From Candidatus Nomurabacteria bacterium GW2011_GWA1_36_15 (GTDB lineage: Bacteria; Patescibacteriota; Minisyncoccia; Phycocordibacterales; UBA9973): DNA of 46,456 nucleotides. The notes beneath the pieces are model-generated. The model ran no database searches and was not told where the DNA came from. It saw only the letters and a list, made by a program, of their open reading frames with translations. The stretch spans positions 5,232 to 51,687 of the forward strand of contig LBRM01000001.1 in assembly GCA_000991415.1 (NCBI GenBank), read 5' to 3'. Positions within the stretch are counted from its first letter, which is position 1. Each line of letters starts with the position of its first letter. The translations under genes and the position numbers were made by a program. Shown piece by piece: positions 1-8,585 of this stretch.

Positions 1-95
1 GCACAGAGGCACTTCAGTGCAACGGATGCACGACATTAGTGGTTTTGGTCATCTGGATTCTGCTCGAAAAACATTCGAACTTCGTCCAGTAGATA

Positions 96-215
96 CCGCA
101 AAAATTCGGGTGAAGCATTCCCGCCAAAAAATGCGTCGGCGCGAAGCGCCGATGATTGGGCTGAATTCCCGCCAAACCCAAACCCCGCCAAGATTTTCCA
201 CGCTCCGCGTGGCTC
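96..215. repeat. Left copy (IR-L) of the 120-bp inverted repeat flanking the serine recombinase gene
   Basis: The reverse complement of 96-215 matches 1618-1737 at 119/120 positions (one A/T difference). It is GC-rich against an AT-rich background. It contains hairpins CCACGC-TCC-GCGTGG (198-212) and CGTCGGCGC-GAA-GCGCCGATG. Confidence 0.9.
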
Positions 216-237
216 ATCGTTTGCCAATACAAAAAAT

Positions 238-1800
238 ATGAATCACACCAGAAAATTTTTCATATATACTCGCAAAAGCACCGATACCGAAGATCGGCAA
301 GTTAGAAGCATTTCGGATCAACTGGCCGAGTTAAAAAGTTTAGCGTTAAAAGAACAGATTGATGTCATAGATATATTCGTGGAAAAGCAAACGGCTAAAG
401 CCCCGGGTCGGCCAGTATTCAACGAAATGCTTTTGCGCATTGAAAAAGGAGAAGCGTCGGGAATTTTAGCTTGGCATCCCGATAGATTAGCGAGAAATAG
501 TATTGATGGTGGAAAAATAATCTATCTGCTTGATACTGAAACAATAACCGAGCTAAAATTCCCGACTTTCTGGTGTGATCCAACTCCACAAGGCAAGTTC
601 ATGCTTTCCATTGCTTTCGGTCAGTCAAAATATTATGTGGACAATTTGAGCGAGAATATCAAACGCGGACATAGGAACAAAGTGAAAGAAGGAATATGGC
701 CTCGAAATGCTCCGCTTGGATATGTAAATGTAAAAGGTGGTATTGAACATGACAAAATTCTTGCACCGCTTATCAAAAAACTTTTCGAGACATATTCCAC
801 AGGCACTTTCACTTTGCGGGAAGTCCGCGAAAAATTTCTCGCTCTCGGATTGAAAGGAAAAATTGGGCTTTCAATCTCAAATTGTCAGAATATTTTGACT
901 AATCCAATCTATGTCGGATTGATAAGGTGGCATAACGAAATATTTGAGGGAAAACACGAACCGATTATCACAAAGAAACTTTTTGACCAATGTCAGGAAG
1001 TGATGAAAAGAAAAAGTAAGCCGAAATCTAGCGGCTTCAAACCATTTCTGTATCGAGGATTTTTCCGTTGCGGAGAATGTGGTTGCTTCATTACTACCGA
1101 AACACAGAAAGGTCATAACTATTTACGATGTACCAAACGGAAAAATCCTTGTAATCAAAAATATGTCCGTGAGGAAATCATCACTTCCCAAATTCAAGAA
1201 AATGTTCAAAAAGTTTCTTTGCCACTCGATTGGTTGAAATGGATGATTGAAGAAAATGCAAAAGATCAATCATCCGAAGTTCAATCGAGTGAGATTTTTT
1301 CTCAAAAAATTCAAAATGAAATTTCTCTTTTGGATTCCAAAATAGAGAAGCTGATGAACGCGTATTTAGAGAACGCACTTTCGTTAGAGGAATATCGGGA
1401 AGCTAAAAGTGCGCTGGTTGGTTCAAAACAGCTTCTCAAAGAGAAATTACTAGCTTTTGAGAAAAAATCTCATAATCGGTTCGAACTTGCCGAGAAGTTT
1501 CTGAAAGCTTGTGTTTCCAATGTGGAATTGGCAAACGATAGAACAAATGAAGAAAATGCTCATTTGTTCAAAAAAGTCGGTTCGAACTTTTTAATTAAGG
1601 ATCGAACCGTACTTTTTGAGCCACGCGGAGCGTGGAAAATCTTGGCGGGGATTGGGTTTGGCGGGAATTCAGCCCAATCATCGGCGCTTCGCGCCGACGC
1701 ATTTTTTGGCGGGAATGCTTCACCCGAATTTTTGCGGAGGCGGAGAGATTCGAACTCTCGATACCTTTCGGTATGCCACCTTTCCAAGGTGGTGGAATAA
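238..1800 (+). CDS. Large serine recombinase (resolvase catalytic domain + recombinase domain + zinc ribbon + coiled coil)
   Basis: The N-terminus FIYTRKSTDTEDRQ..SISDQ is a serine-recombinase catalytic motif. HPDRLARN is present, as is a Cys cluster CGECGC...LRCTKRKNPC and a coiled-coil tail. The last ~60 codons are encoded by IR-R and the antisense of tRNA-Ser, so the native C-terminus probably ends near aa 460. Confidence 0.85.
   Translation: MNHTRKFFIYTRKSTDTEDRQVRSISDQLAELKSLALKEQIDVIDIFVEKQTAKAPGRPVFNEMLLRIEKGEASGILAWHPDRLARNSIDGGKIIYLLDTETITELKFPTFWCDPTPQGKFMLSIAFGQSKYYVDNLSENIKRGHRNKVKEGIWPRNAPLGYVNVKGGIEHDKILAPLIKKLFETYSTGTFTLREVREKFLALGLKGKIGLSISNCQNILTNPIYVGLIRWHNEIFEGKHEPIITKKLFDQCQEVMKRKSKPKSSGFKPFLYRGFFRCGECGCFITTETQKGHNYLRCTKRKNPCNQKYVREEIITSQIQENVQKVSLPLDWLKWMIEENAKDQSSEVQSSEIFSQKIQNEISLLDSKIEKLMNAYLENALSLEEYREAKSALVGSKQLLKEKLLAFEKKSHNRFELAEKFLKACVSNVELANDRTNEENAHLFKKVGSNFLIKDRTVLFEPRGAWKILAGIGFGGNSAQSSALRADAFFGGNASPEFLRRRRDSNSRYLSVCHLSKVVE
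1618..1737. repeat. Right copy (IR-R) of the 120-bp inverted repeat; it begins inside the last 3 nt of tRNA-Ser
   Basis: See IR-L. The outer end overlaps tRNA-Ser(GGA) positions 1735-1737. The inner end carries hairpin CCACGC-GGA-GCGTGG (1621-1635). Confidence 0.9.
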
Positions 1801-1819
1801 ACCGCTATCCGACGCCTCC
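1735..1819 (-). tRNA. tRNA-Ser (anticodon GGA), class II with long variable arm
   Basis: Manual cloverleaf: acceptor GGAGGCG/CGCCTCC, anticodon stem CCACC/GGTGG with loop TTGGAAA, variable arm ATACC-GAAA-GGTAT, T arm GAGAG-TTCGAAT-CTCTC. No CCA is encoded. Confidence 0.85.
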
Positions 1820-2065
1820 ATATTTTAATAATATACTCTTTTTATTTTTATAACCATTCGGATGTTTTAAAAACCACTCTTTTCTATAAGCATCATTCTT
1901 GTTTTCAAATTTCTCCGTGTATATTATTCTCCATGGTTTATATGGCTTTGTAGATTTATTCTTACCATTATTGTGGTAAAAAATCCTTTTTTCCAATTTA
2001 GAAGTACATCCAATATAAAATTTATTTTTACTATCGCTTTTCAAAATGTAAACTATGTAGGACAT
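1805..2065 (-). CDS. Small GIY-YIG nuclease-superfamily protein
   Basis: N-terminal YIVYILKS....FYIGCTSKLEKRIFYHN matches the GIY-(10-11)-YIG pattern of small URI-domain proteins. The last 15 nt and the stop lie inside the 5' end of tRNA-Ser. Confidence 0.7.
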   Translation of the reverse strand: MSYIVYILKSDSKNKFYIGCTSKLEKRIFYHNNGKNKSTKPYKPWRIIYTEKFENKNDAYRKEWFLKHPNGYKNKKSILLKYGGVG

Positions 2066-2103
2066 TTCTAAAATATGCGCAACCCGAAGGGTCCCTTTTG
2101 GGG

Positions 2104-2619
2104 CTAAACCACTATGCGAACCCTCCTTTTTAGTATAAAAAATTGTTCAGAAGCAAGCCATTTATCCAAAAGCGGGCTTAGGGTAAGCGCAAAACCGATA
2201 TTGCCCGCCAAATGAAGAGCTGTGAAAGGAATTTGCAGAATAAAAGCATTCCACATATTTTGCCCAAACATAGGAGCGAACAAAACCCCGGTTATCAAAT
2301 CAAAAATTATGGTGGCAAAAAATGCAAAGACTGCAAAATTAAAAGCTGAAGATTTAAACTTTTTAAAATAAAGGGAAGAAAATGCTCCAATCACTCCATA
2401 AGTAATAGCTGTTATCCAAGTCCAAGTTCCAAAATGAGTTATAACATCATATAAGAGGATACTAAGGAAACCAAAGGCAAAACCGATGAAAGCTCCATAT
2501 TTGCGCCCTAGAGGCATAATAGAGGCCATTATAGGCTCCACGTTGGGTGCCCTGAGTGGAATCAACCTAAACAACAAACAACCAATAAATATTATAAATA
2601 TCTTAAATTTATTTTTCAT
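2104..2619 (-). CDS. Polytopic membrane protein, possibly ECF-transporter S-component-like
   Basis: About 5-6 hydrophobic segments. The N-terminal RLIPLRAPNVEPI motif resembles substrate-capture membrane proteins. The family assignment is uncertain. Confidence 0.5.
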   Translation of the reverse strand: MKNKFKIFIIFIGCLLFRLIPLRAPNVEPIMASIMPLGRKYGAFIGFAFGFLSILLYDVITHFGTWTWITAITYGVIGAFSSLYFKKFKSSAFNFAVFAFFATIIFDLITGVLFAPMFGQNMWNAFILQIPFTALHLAGNIGFALTLSPLLDKWLASEQFFILKRRVRIVV

Positions 2620-2670
2620 GGGTCTTGATTATACCCTGTAGTGAAACTTTTTCAAAGTTCTACTACGGGG

Positions 2671-4818
2671 TTATAATATATCTAAAAATTCTTTCTCATT
2701 GATTATTTTTATACCTAATTTTTGCGCATTTTTCAATTTTGATCCAGATTCTTCTCCAGCTACAATATAAGAGGTATTTTTTGAGACAGAGCTTGATACT
2801 TTTCCTCCCAAAGAAATAATTTTTTCTTTAGCCAATTCACGAGACATTTGAGAAAGGGTACCCGTCAAAACAAAAATGAGTCCGGTAAATTTATTCTCTT
2901 TTATTTTCCCTACTTTTTTTATAACTACGCCATTTTTCAATAATTTTTTTATGAAAAGCAAATTATTTTTGTTTCTAAAATAATCATATACGCTTTCGGA
3001 AACGGCGGGGCCGATATTTTCTATTTCATTTATTTCCTCAAATTCGGCTTCGGCAAGTTTATCAAGTGTAATAAAATTTACAGCTAAATCCCGCGCTGTT
3101 TCTTCTCCAACATGCAATATCCCGAGAGCGCAGAGGAATTTAGAAAATGGAATTTTTTTCTTTAGTTTTATTTCTTTTATAATATTTTCCGCACTTTTTT
3201 TTCCAAAACGTTCTAAGGGTGCTATATCTTCTCTAGTAAGAGTAAAAATATCTGCCGCATCGGTGATTAATCCTTCATCTTTGAATCGCCTTAAAATTTT
3301 TGGGCCCAATTCATAAATCTCAAAAGCAGAAACAAAATGTTCAAGAAATCTCTCGTCTTTAGCTGAACATTTAGGATTCGTGCAATAGTAGGCAACAGAA
3401 GGGTTCGCCAGTTCGTAAGATTTCTGAACGGTGTGGGTCCCGCTCGGTACTCCGAGAAGGGTCAAGCCGGAAGAAATTTTACGAACTGGCGAACCTATTT
3501 CTTTCTTTTGCACTTTCCCTCCGCAAACCGGACATTTTTCAACCATTTTAAATTTCTTTTCTTTCCCCATGCGCATATGGGTTAAAACTTCTACTACCTT
3601 TGGAATTACATCTCCTGCTTTTTCTATTACCACAGTATCTCCTATTCTTAAATCTAGTCTGCCTATTTGATCCGTGTTGTGAAGAGTCGCTTTGGATACC
3701 ATAGAACCAGCTACCGAGGTCGGCGAAAAAATCGCAAGAGGAGTAAGCACTCCGGTGCGTCCAACATTTATTTTTATGTCTTTTACTATGGTTGTTGCCC
3801 TTTCAGCCGGATATTTATAGGCAATAATTCCTCGCGGGTCTTTTCCAACTACTCCTAAACTCTTAAAAATATTCGTGTCATCAATATTTATGACAACTCC
3901 ATCTATGCCAAAAGGCAGACCTTCTCTAATTTTTGAAATTTCATTTATAAAACTGGGAATATCTTTTGACGAAGAGAATTTCCTGGAATGTTCATCAACA
4001 ACAAAACCAATTTTTTTTAATATTTCGTGTTTTTGAGAATGTTTTTCTATTTGTTTTTCCCAATTTTTTCCTTTGATCTGAACAATTTCATAGGGGGAAA
4101 AATCCAGGTGCCTCTCTTTCGCAAGTTTGGGATCAAGCTGACGCAAAGAACCGGCCGCGGCATTTCGAGAATTGGCAAACAAGGGTTTGTCTTCTTTTTT
4201 ATTGCGCTCATTCAGTTTCTTCAGCACATTTTTTCTCATAAAGGCTTCGCCTCGAACTTCAATTTTTTCAGGATAAGGTGATTTCAAAACTAAAGGAATA
4301 CTTTCTATCATTTTCAAGTTTGAAGTTATGTCTTCACCAATTTCTCCATCCCCTCTAGTTACCCCTCTTATAAATTTCCCATTTTCATAAACAAGCGATA
4401 CAGCCAAGCCATCAAGTTTTAATTCACAAAAATAGTCTAGCTTAAGGTCGGACCTTTTTGAAGATTTAAGGTCCGACCTTTGAAGTAATTTTAAATTTCT
4501 TTTCTCCCACGCAAAAAGTTCTTCATCTGAAAAAACATTGCCAATCGAAAACATTTTTATCTCGTGTTTTACTTTCTCAAATTTGTCCAACGGCTTACCA
4601 CCCACTCTGTTTTCTGGAGCATTTAAATCATCAAATTCTGGGTATTTTTCTATAAGAGATTTAAGTTCTCTATTGAGTGAATCATACACATCGTCTGCAA
4701 CTACTGGGGAATCTTTTGTATGATAGGCACCTCGCAATCTTGCGATTTCACTTCGCAATTTTTGTACTCGCTTAGACTCGGCAAGGCTGGCTCTTTTTTT
4801 AACATCAGACTCTTTCAT
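2671..4818 (-). CDS. ligA: NAD-dependent DNA ligase
   Basis: Adenylation motif ELKLDGLAVSL (KxDG), an OB fold, a Cys4 zinc finger (CPVCGG...CTNPKC), an HhH region and a C-terminal BRCT-like segment (FVLTGTL). Confidence 0.95.
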   Translation of the reverse strand: MKESDVKKRASLAESKRVQKLRSEIARLRGAYHTKDSPVVADDVYDSLNRELKSLIEKYPEFDDLNAPENRVGGKPLDKFEKVKHEIKMFSIGNVFSDEELFAWEKRNLKLLQRSDLKSSKRSDLKLDYFCELKLDGLAVSLVYENGKFIRGVTRGDGEIGEDITSNLKMIESIPLVLKSPYPEKIEVRGEAFMRKNVLKKLNERNKKEDKPLFANSRNAAAGSLRQLDPKLAKERHLDFSPYEIVQIKGKNWEKQIEKHSQKHEILKKIGFVVDEHSRKFSSSKDIPSFINEISKIREGLPFGIDGVVINIDDTNIFKSLGVVGKDPRGIIAYKYPAERATTIVKDIKINVGRTGVLTPLAIFSPTSVAGSMVSKATLHNTDQIGRLDLRIGDTVVIEKAGDVIPKVVEVLTHMRMGKEKKFKMVEKCPVCGGKVQKKEIGSPVRKISSGLTLLGVPSGTHTVQKSYELANPSVAYYCTNPKCSAKDERFLEHFVSAFEIYELGPKILRRFKDEGLITDAADIFTLTREDIAPLERFGKKSAENIIKEIKLKKKIPFSKFLCALGILHVGEETARDLAVNFITLDKLAEAEFEEINEIENIGPAVSESVYDYFRNKNNLLFIKKLLKNGVVIKKVGKIKENKFTGLIFVLTGTLSQMSRELAKEKIISLGGKVSSSVSKNTSYIVAGEESGSKLKNAQKLGIKIINEKEFLDIL

Positions 4819-4819
4819 G

Positions 4820-5380
4820 TTAGTAATTCAATTCTATTTGTCTCTCTATACTATTTGATCCCTGAACACAAAGACCAGGATCATTTCCTCCATCATTATA
4901 TCCTTTTGATACAATACAAGTTAATGAATTACATGGGGCTAAGTCCGTTTTATCCACAGTTACTTTGGCACAACCTTTTTCCTCGCTACCTAAACCAGTA
5001 AGAACAAACTTCCAATATGATGTGGGACTTTCGTTTGCAGTAAAAGTACCATTATTACATGTTATTGATGGAGAAGTACCAGTTATAAAAACACCTCCAG
5101 TTGATTTATCATAAAACAAAGCACATTCAGCCCCAGTATCTGCGGCAAAAAAAGCTTCATTGGTATCTTTAGCCGAAGTGCTAAATTTAATTTCTTTAAG
5201 CGAGATATTGGCAACTCCTAATGCTATGGCCAAAAGCATACTTGAAATCATAATTGTGTAAAGTAAAGCAAAACCTTTATTCCGCTGAAGTTTCGTAGAA
5301 AGAATTTTATTTTTTTTTATTTTTTTAACAATCATTTTTTTATAATTCTGTCCAATTAAATATATTTTCCGAAAAAACAA
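4820..5380 (-). CDS. PilX-like / minor pilin-like protein
   Basis: N-terminal KGFALLYTIMISSMLLAIALGV hydrophobic helix (degenerate prepilin signal) and position in the pilin gene row. The true start is probably the internal M (MIVKKIKK). Confidence 0.55.
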   Translation of the reverse strand: MFFRKIYLIGQNYKKMIVKKIKKNKILSTKLQRNKGFALLYTIMISSMLLAIALGVANISLKEIKFSTSAKDTNEAFFAADTGAECALFYDKSTGGVFITGTSPSITCNNGTFTANESPTSYWKFVLTGLGSEEKGCAKVTVDKTDLAPCNSLTCIVSKGYNDGGNDPGLCVQGSNSIERQIELNY

Positions 5381-5915
5381 TGGTATGTATTCCGGAACCT
5401 TGCGGCCAAATTACAGTTGACAAAACTCTTTTTTCGTCCTGAGTACCATTTACATCAATTATTTGAATTTTCCTTATATAACCAGAGTCCTGGCCTGAAC
5501 TGTAATTATATTTTCCAGTCGAAGAATCATACAATAAAGTGGGGCAAGAACCTCCACAATCTGTCAGCGATATTTGATCATCAAAATAACATGCTTTTGA
5601 AGGATTGTTGGTTATGTCACAAGGCGCCATTTGGCCCATAAAAGCGTTCCAGCCAGCTTGTGAACCACCGGGATGATATAAGACGGAAGTATCTCGCATA
5701 TTTCTAACATACTCAATTCCTTCTTGAGCTAGATACCCAGCTATCATTTTCTTTTTGGCATAACCAGTATCAGAAATTCCACTACCCAAAACAGACATTG
5801 TGGCTATAATAGATAAGGAAAAAATTGAAATAGCAACAAGTGTTTCAACTAACGTGAAGCCCTTATTCTTTTGTTTTAAAGATTTTATCATTTTAGTTTT
5901 AAGGCACGACAACAT
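5340..5915 (-). CDS. Minor (pseudo)pilin with prepilin-type N-terminal methylation motif
   Basis: KGFTLVETLVAISIFSL matches the G|FTLxE class III signal. The likely start is MIKSLKQKNKG. Confidence 0.75.
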   Translation of the reverse strand: MLSCLKTKMIKSLKQKNKGFTLVETLVAISIFSLSIIATMSVLGSGISDTGYAKKKMIAGYLAQEGIEYVRNMRDTSVLYHPGGSQAGWNAFMGQMAPCDITNNPSKACYFDDQISLTDCGGSCPTLLYDSSTGKYNYSSGQDSGYIRKIQIIDVNGTQDEKRVLSTVIWPQGSGIHTIVFSENIFNWTEL

Positions 5916-6486
5916 CTATCAACCGCTGTGACACCGAAGTTTGTAATGAAAATGGTGTTTTAATTCCTTTGTAAGTTATCTCTCCAATTAATCTAATTGT
6001 CACAAACGGCTGTTGTGTATCCGGTGGTGATTCAGCACCAATCACAAAAAAACTAGAAACTGAATCAATAACAACTTCATCAGGAGTTAGTTGGATAGGA
6101 GAACTGGTTAAACCATCTGTTGATTTGTATATTTTCCCATCGCCACCAAAATAGTAAATCCATTGATCAATATCATTAGCCGGATTACCGTCTGTGGGTT
6201 CAAATGCAATTACTGTACCACCAGATGTACAACTTAAAGGAGTACTAAAATTAGATAAATTATCACTACAATGATAGTTATACCCCGTTCTCAAATTTTT
6301 GGACATATCTTCCATAATAAAACTCAGGTTATCCATTATGGAACGCATGTCCTGGGATTTTCTGTGAACTAAATTGGCATTTAAGAGAGCACCCATGCCA
6401 ATCATAATAACAACTAAAAAAAGAGAAATAGCAATCATTGTTTCTATGATTGTATACCCATTTTTGTTGTTGTTTTTATTTTGCAT
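5899..6486 (-). CDS. Minor (pseudo)pilin with prepilin-type N-terminal motif
   Basis: NGYTIIETMIAISLFLVV signal-like N-terminus. Confidence 0.7.
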   Translation of the reverse strand: MQNKNNNKNGYTIIETMIAISLFLVVIMIGMGALLNANLVHRKSQDMRSIMDNLSFIMEDMSKNLRTGYNYHCSDNLSNFSTPLSCTSGGTVIAFEPTDGNPANDIDQWIYYFGGDGKIYKSTDGLTSSPIQLTPDEVVIDSVSSFFVIGAESPPDTQQPFVTIRLIGEITYKGIKTPFSLQTSVSQRLIDVVVP

Positions 6487-6537
6487 TTTATTTTTTATAT
6501 TACTAGAACCTAGTAACTATAACCTAAAACCTAAAAC

Positions 6538-7131
6538 CTAATTTATCTGAATTCTACCAGAGGAATATACTTCTATTGTAGCGTTAATTAACTCCGGAGA
6601 AGAAACAGTAATCTTTACATACTCAGTATTATCACATAACGCTCCTCCACTTGAATCAAGAATTATAGCTTTAGAATCTGGACGTCTAAAAACAATGTTT
6701 AAATTAGTAACTGTTGAGCAGTTTACTCCTACAACTTCTAATCCCGATATAATATTGTTTTTAGTGATAAAAGATCTATCTAAAATAGAATCAGTAGGAG
6801 AAGAATCATAAAAATTATTATCAAAATTCGCGAAATAAATAAAACGTGCATTATCAGCTAAGTCAAAATAAATACCGTAAGATGGTTTCCAGTCAACACA
6901 ATCTCCAGGCGCGTCAATACAGATTTGAGGCAATTTCCCAGATAAAGCAGATTTCTGCGCTTCTACAATTTTCAAAGCGATATCATTTGCCAAAACTTTT
7001 ATGTCTATTTTTGCTTGAAATTCATTATAGTTAAAAAGAACCACAGAAGTCATAACAGAAAAAATGCTTAAAACTACGATAAGCTCTACATAAGTCATGC
7101 CAGCATTATAATTACGAATTTTTTTAATCAT
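6538..7131 (-). CDS. Minor pilin, GspH/FimT-like
   Basis: AGMTYVELIVVLSIFSV prepilin-type N-terminus, about 200 aa. Confidence 0.7.
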   Translation of the reverse strand: MIKKIRNYNAGMTYVELIVVLSIFSVMTSVVLFNYNEFQAKIDIKVLANDIALKIVEAQKSALSGKLPQICIDAPGDCVDWKPSYGIYFDLADNARFIYFANFDNNFYDSSPTDSILDRSFITKNNIISGLEVVGVNCSTVTNLNIVFRRPDSKAIILDSSGGALCDNTEYVKITVSSPELINATIEVYSSGRIQIN

Positions 7132-7138
7132 TTCTTAA

Positions 7139-7930
7139 CTAAAAACCAATCGGAAAAAGACTTAATTCAAAAAGAAATGCAATAAATACACCTAAAACTA
7201 GAAACGGAGCAAATGGAATTTCACTTTTCATTCCATACTTTTTTGTAAAAACAATAAGAAGAAATCCTATTATTGCGCCTGACCAAAAAGCCACCACTGC
7301 CCCAGAAAGTAATCTGGATAATCCAAGCAACCAACCCAACCCTAATGCAAGTTTTGCATCTCCAAGACCCATCCAAGTACCCTTAGAAACAAGCCATATA
7401 AAGGCAAAAGGTAAGGCTAATAATATGCCTGATAAAAACTCCAAAATAGACGGAATATGAGGATAAAATAGATAATTAGTAAAGAAAAATAAACCCAAAA
7501 AAGCTACACTACCAAAAACCAAAGAAAGCGTATCGGGAATTATTTTATGCTTAAAATCATAAACTGCGATGACCAAGAGGAGAGAAAACATGACAGCATA
7601 ATATGCATAAGAAACTGAAAATACAAACGTATTTATATAAAAAACATCCTGAAATTTCAAAAACAATCCTGCAAAAATCAACCCAGACATAAGTTCAACT
7701 ATTGGATATTGAATTGAAATTTTTGCTTTACAATTTCGACATCTTCCCTTTAATGCAAAAAAACTGATTAGGGGTATAAGTTCATACCAGCAAAGTTTGT
7801 TTTGACAAGTCATACACCCACTTCTCCCGCCAAAAGAACGTTCCGTGTTAAATCTAAAGATAACAACATTTAAAAAACTCCCAATAATCAGACCCAGAAT
7901 GAAAAAAATAATTGTGAGAAAGAAAGTCAT
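7139..7930 (-). CDS. pilD: Prepilin peptidase (A24 family)
   Basis: Multi-pass membrane protein with the CxxC...CxxC box (CMTCQNKL...CRNCKAKI) and a GLGDAKL aspartyl-protease motif. Confidence 0.9.
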   Translation of the reverse strand: MTFFLTIIFFILGLIIGSFLNVVIFRFNTERSFGGRSGCMTCQNKLCWYELIPLISFFALKGRCRNCKAKISIQYPIVELMSGLIFAGLFLKFQDVFYINTFVFSVSYAYYAVMFSLLLVIAVYDFKHKIIPDTLSLVFGSVAFLGLFFFTNYLFYPHIPSILEFLSGILLALPFAFIWLVSKGTWMGLGDAKLALGLGWLLGLSRLLSGAVVAFWSGAIIGFLLIVFTKKYGMKSEIPFAPFLVLGVFIAFLFELSLFPIGF

Positions 7931-7945
7931 AATAATCTTTTTAAA

Positions 7946-8464
7946 TTATTTACAAAAGGTAGCATTAATAGAGTTAGTAATTGTTTCACCACTAACCCAG
8001 GCATATGACTTACTTGCTCCTCCACTGTCTACACACCATGAGTCTGGTAAAGTATTTGACGAACCACTTGTCGCGCCGTCACTACTTCTTAAAGTGACAG
8101 CAACAGCCCAATTAAGAGAAGAATTATAACAAGCATTATTAGTGCCCCTTTTAAGCGCTTCTGCTATGGCATCAGCTATAATTTTATCTTTTTGAAGCAT
8201 ATTAGTACCAGCTGAAAGATAAGTAGGACAAGGGGTTGTAATAGCAAGAGGAGTACCACCAGTTGGTAAAAATGAATTACCATTATTGGCATAAAAAAGT
8301 TCAGACATACCCCTTATGGTATTCAAATTGCTTTTTACGCCTGCGTCTGCACCTTTATTTTTAGAATTACTTAGTGATACTAAAACAATCGAAGTTAATA
8401 AACCAATAATGGCAACTACCACTAAAAGTTCAAGTAATGTAAAACCTTTTTTAAACTTGTTCAT
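7946..8464 (-). CDS. Type IV pilin (paralogue 1)
   Basis: KGFTLLELLVVVAIIGLL class III signal. The C-terminal WCVDSGGASKS...FCK disulfide region is shared with the neighbouring pilin. Confidence 0.85.
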   Translation of the reverse strand: MNKFKKGFTLLELLVVVAIIGLLTSIVLVSLSNSKNKGADAGVKSNLNTIRGMSELFYANNGNSFLPTGGTPLAITTPCPTYLSAGTNMLQKDKIIADAIAEALKRGTNNACYNSSLNWAVAVTLRSSDGATSGSSNTLPDSWCVDSGGASKSYAWVSGETITNSINATFCK

Positions 8465-8523
8465 AATAAAATAAAACTATAATAATATCTTTTAATCTAC
8501 TAATTATATCAAATATATAAAAC

Positions 8524-8560
8524 AAAAACCACTCTAAGCATAAGCCAAGAGTGGTTTTTT
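8524..8560 (-). terminator. Rho-independent (bidirectional) terminator downstream of the major pilin gene
   Basis: CCACTCT (8529-8535) pairs with AGAGTGG (8548-8554) around a 12-nt loop. It is flanked by an A-run and a T-run. Confidence 0.7.
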
Positions 8561-8585
8561 GTATTTTACAACTACAAAGAAATAA

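Noticed and set aside
1-97. Possible tRNA on the plus strand ending at the left repeat, mirroring tRNA-Ser at the right repeat
   Set aside because: The TTCGAAC string at 74-80 has no flanking 5-bp T stem, and no acceptor pairing can be drawn. It is not a tRNA.
14-241. Three ORFs in the track (14-232 minus, 17-241 plus, 36-227 minus) covering the left inverted repeat
   Set aside because: They are artefacts of the GC-rich 120-bp repeat being open in several frames. 36-227 simply mirrors the read-through tail of the recombinase ORF. They have no start context or independent support.
3431-4281. Plus-strand ORFs (3431-3670, 3667-3858, 4027-4281, and also 4538-5001) antisense to ligA
   Set aside because: They are shadow ORFs opposite a clearly homologous long gene and give low-complexity translations.
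6487-6540. A short AACCTA-type tandem repeat, considered as a possible CRISPR or microsatellite
   Set aside because: There are only three 6-7-nt units in an AT-rich intergenic spacer. No repeat-spacer architecture exists anywhere in the window.
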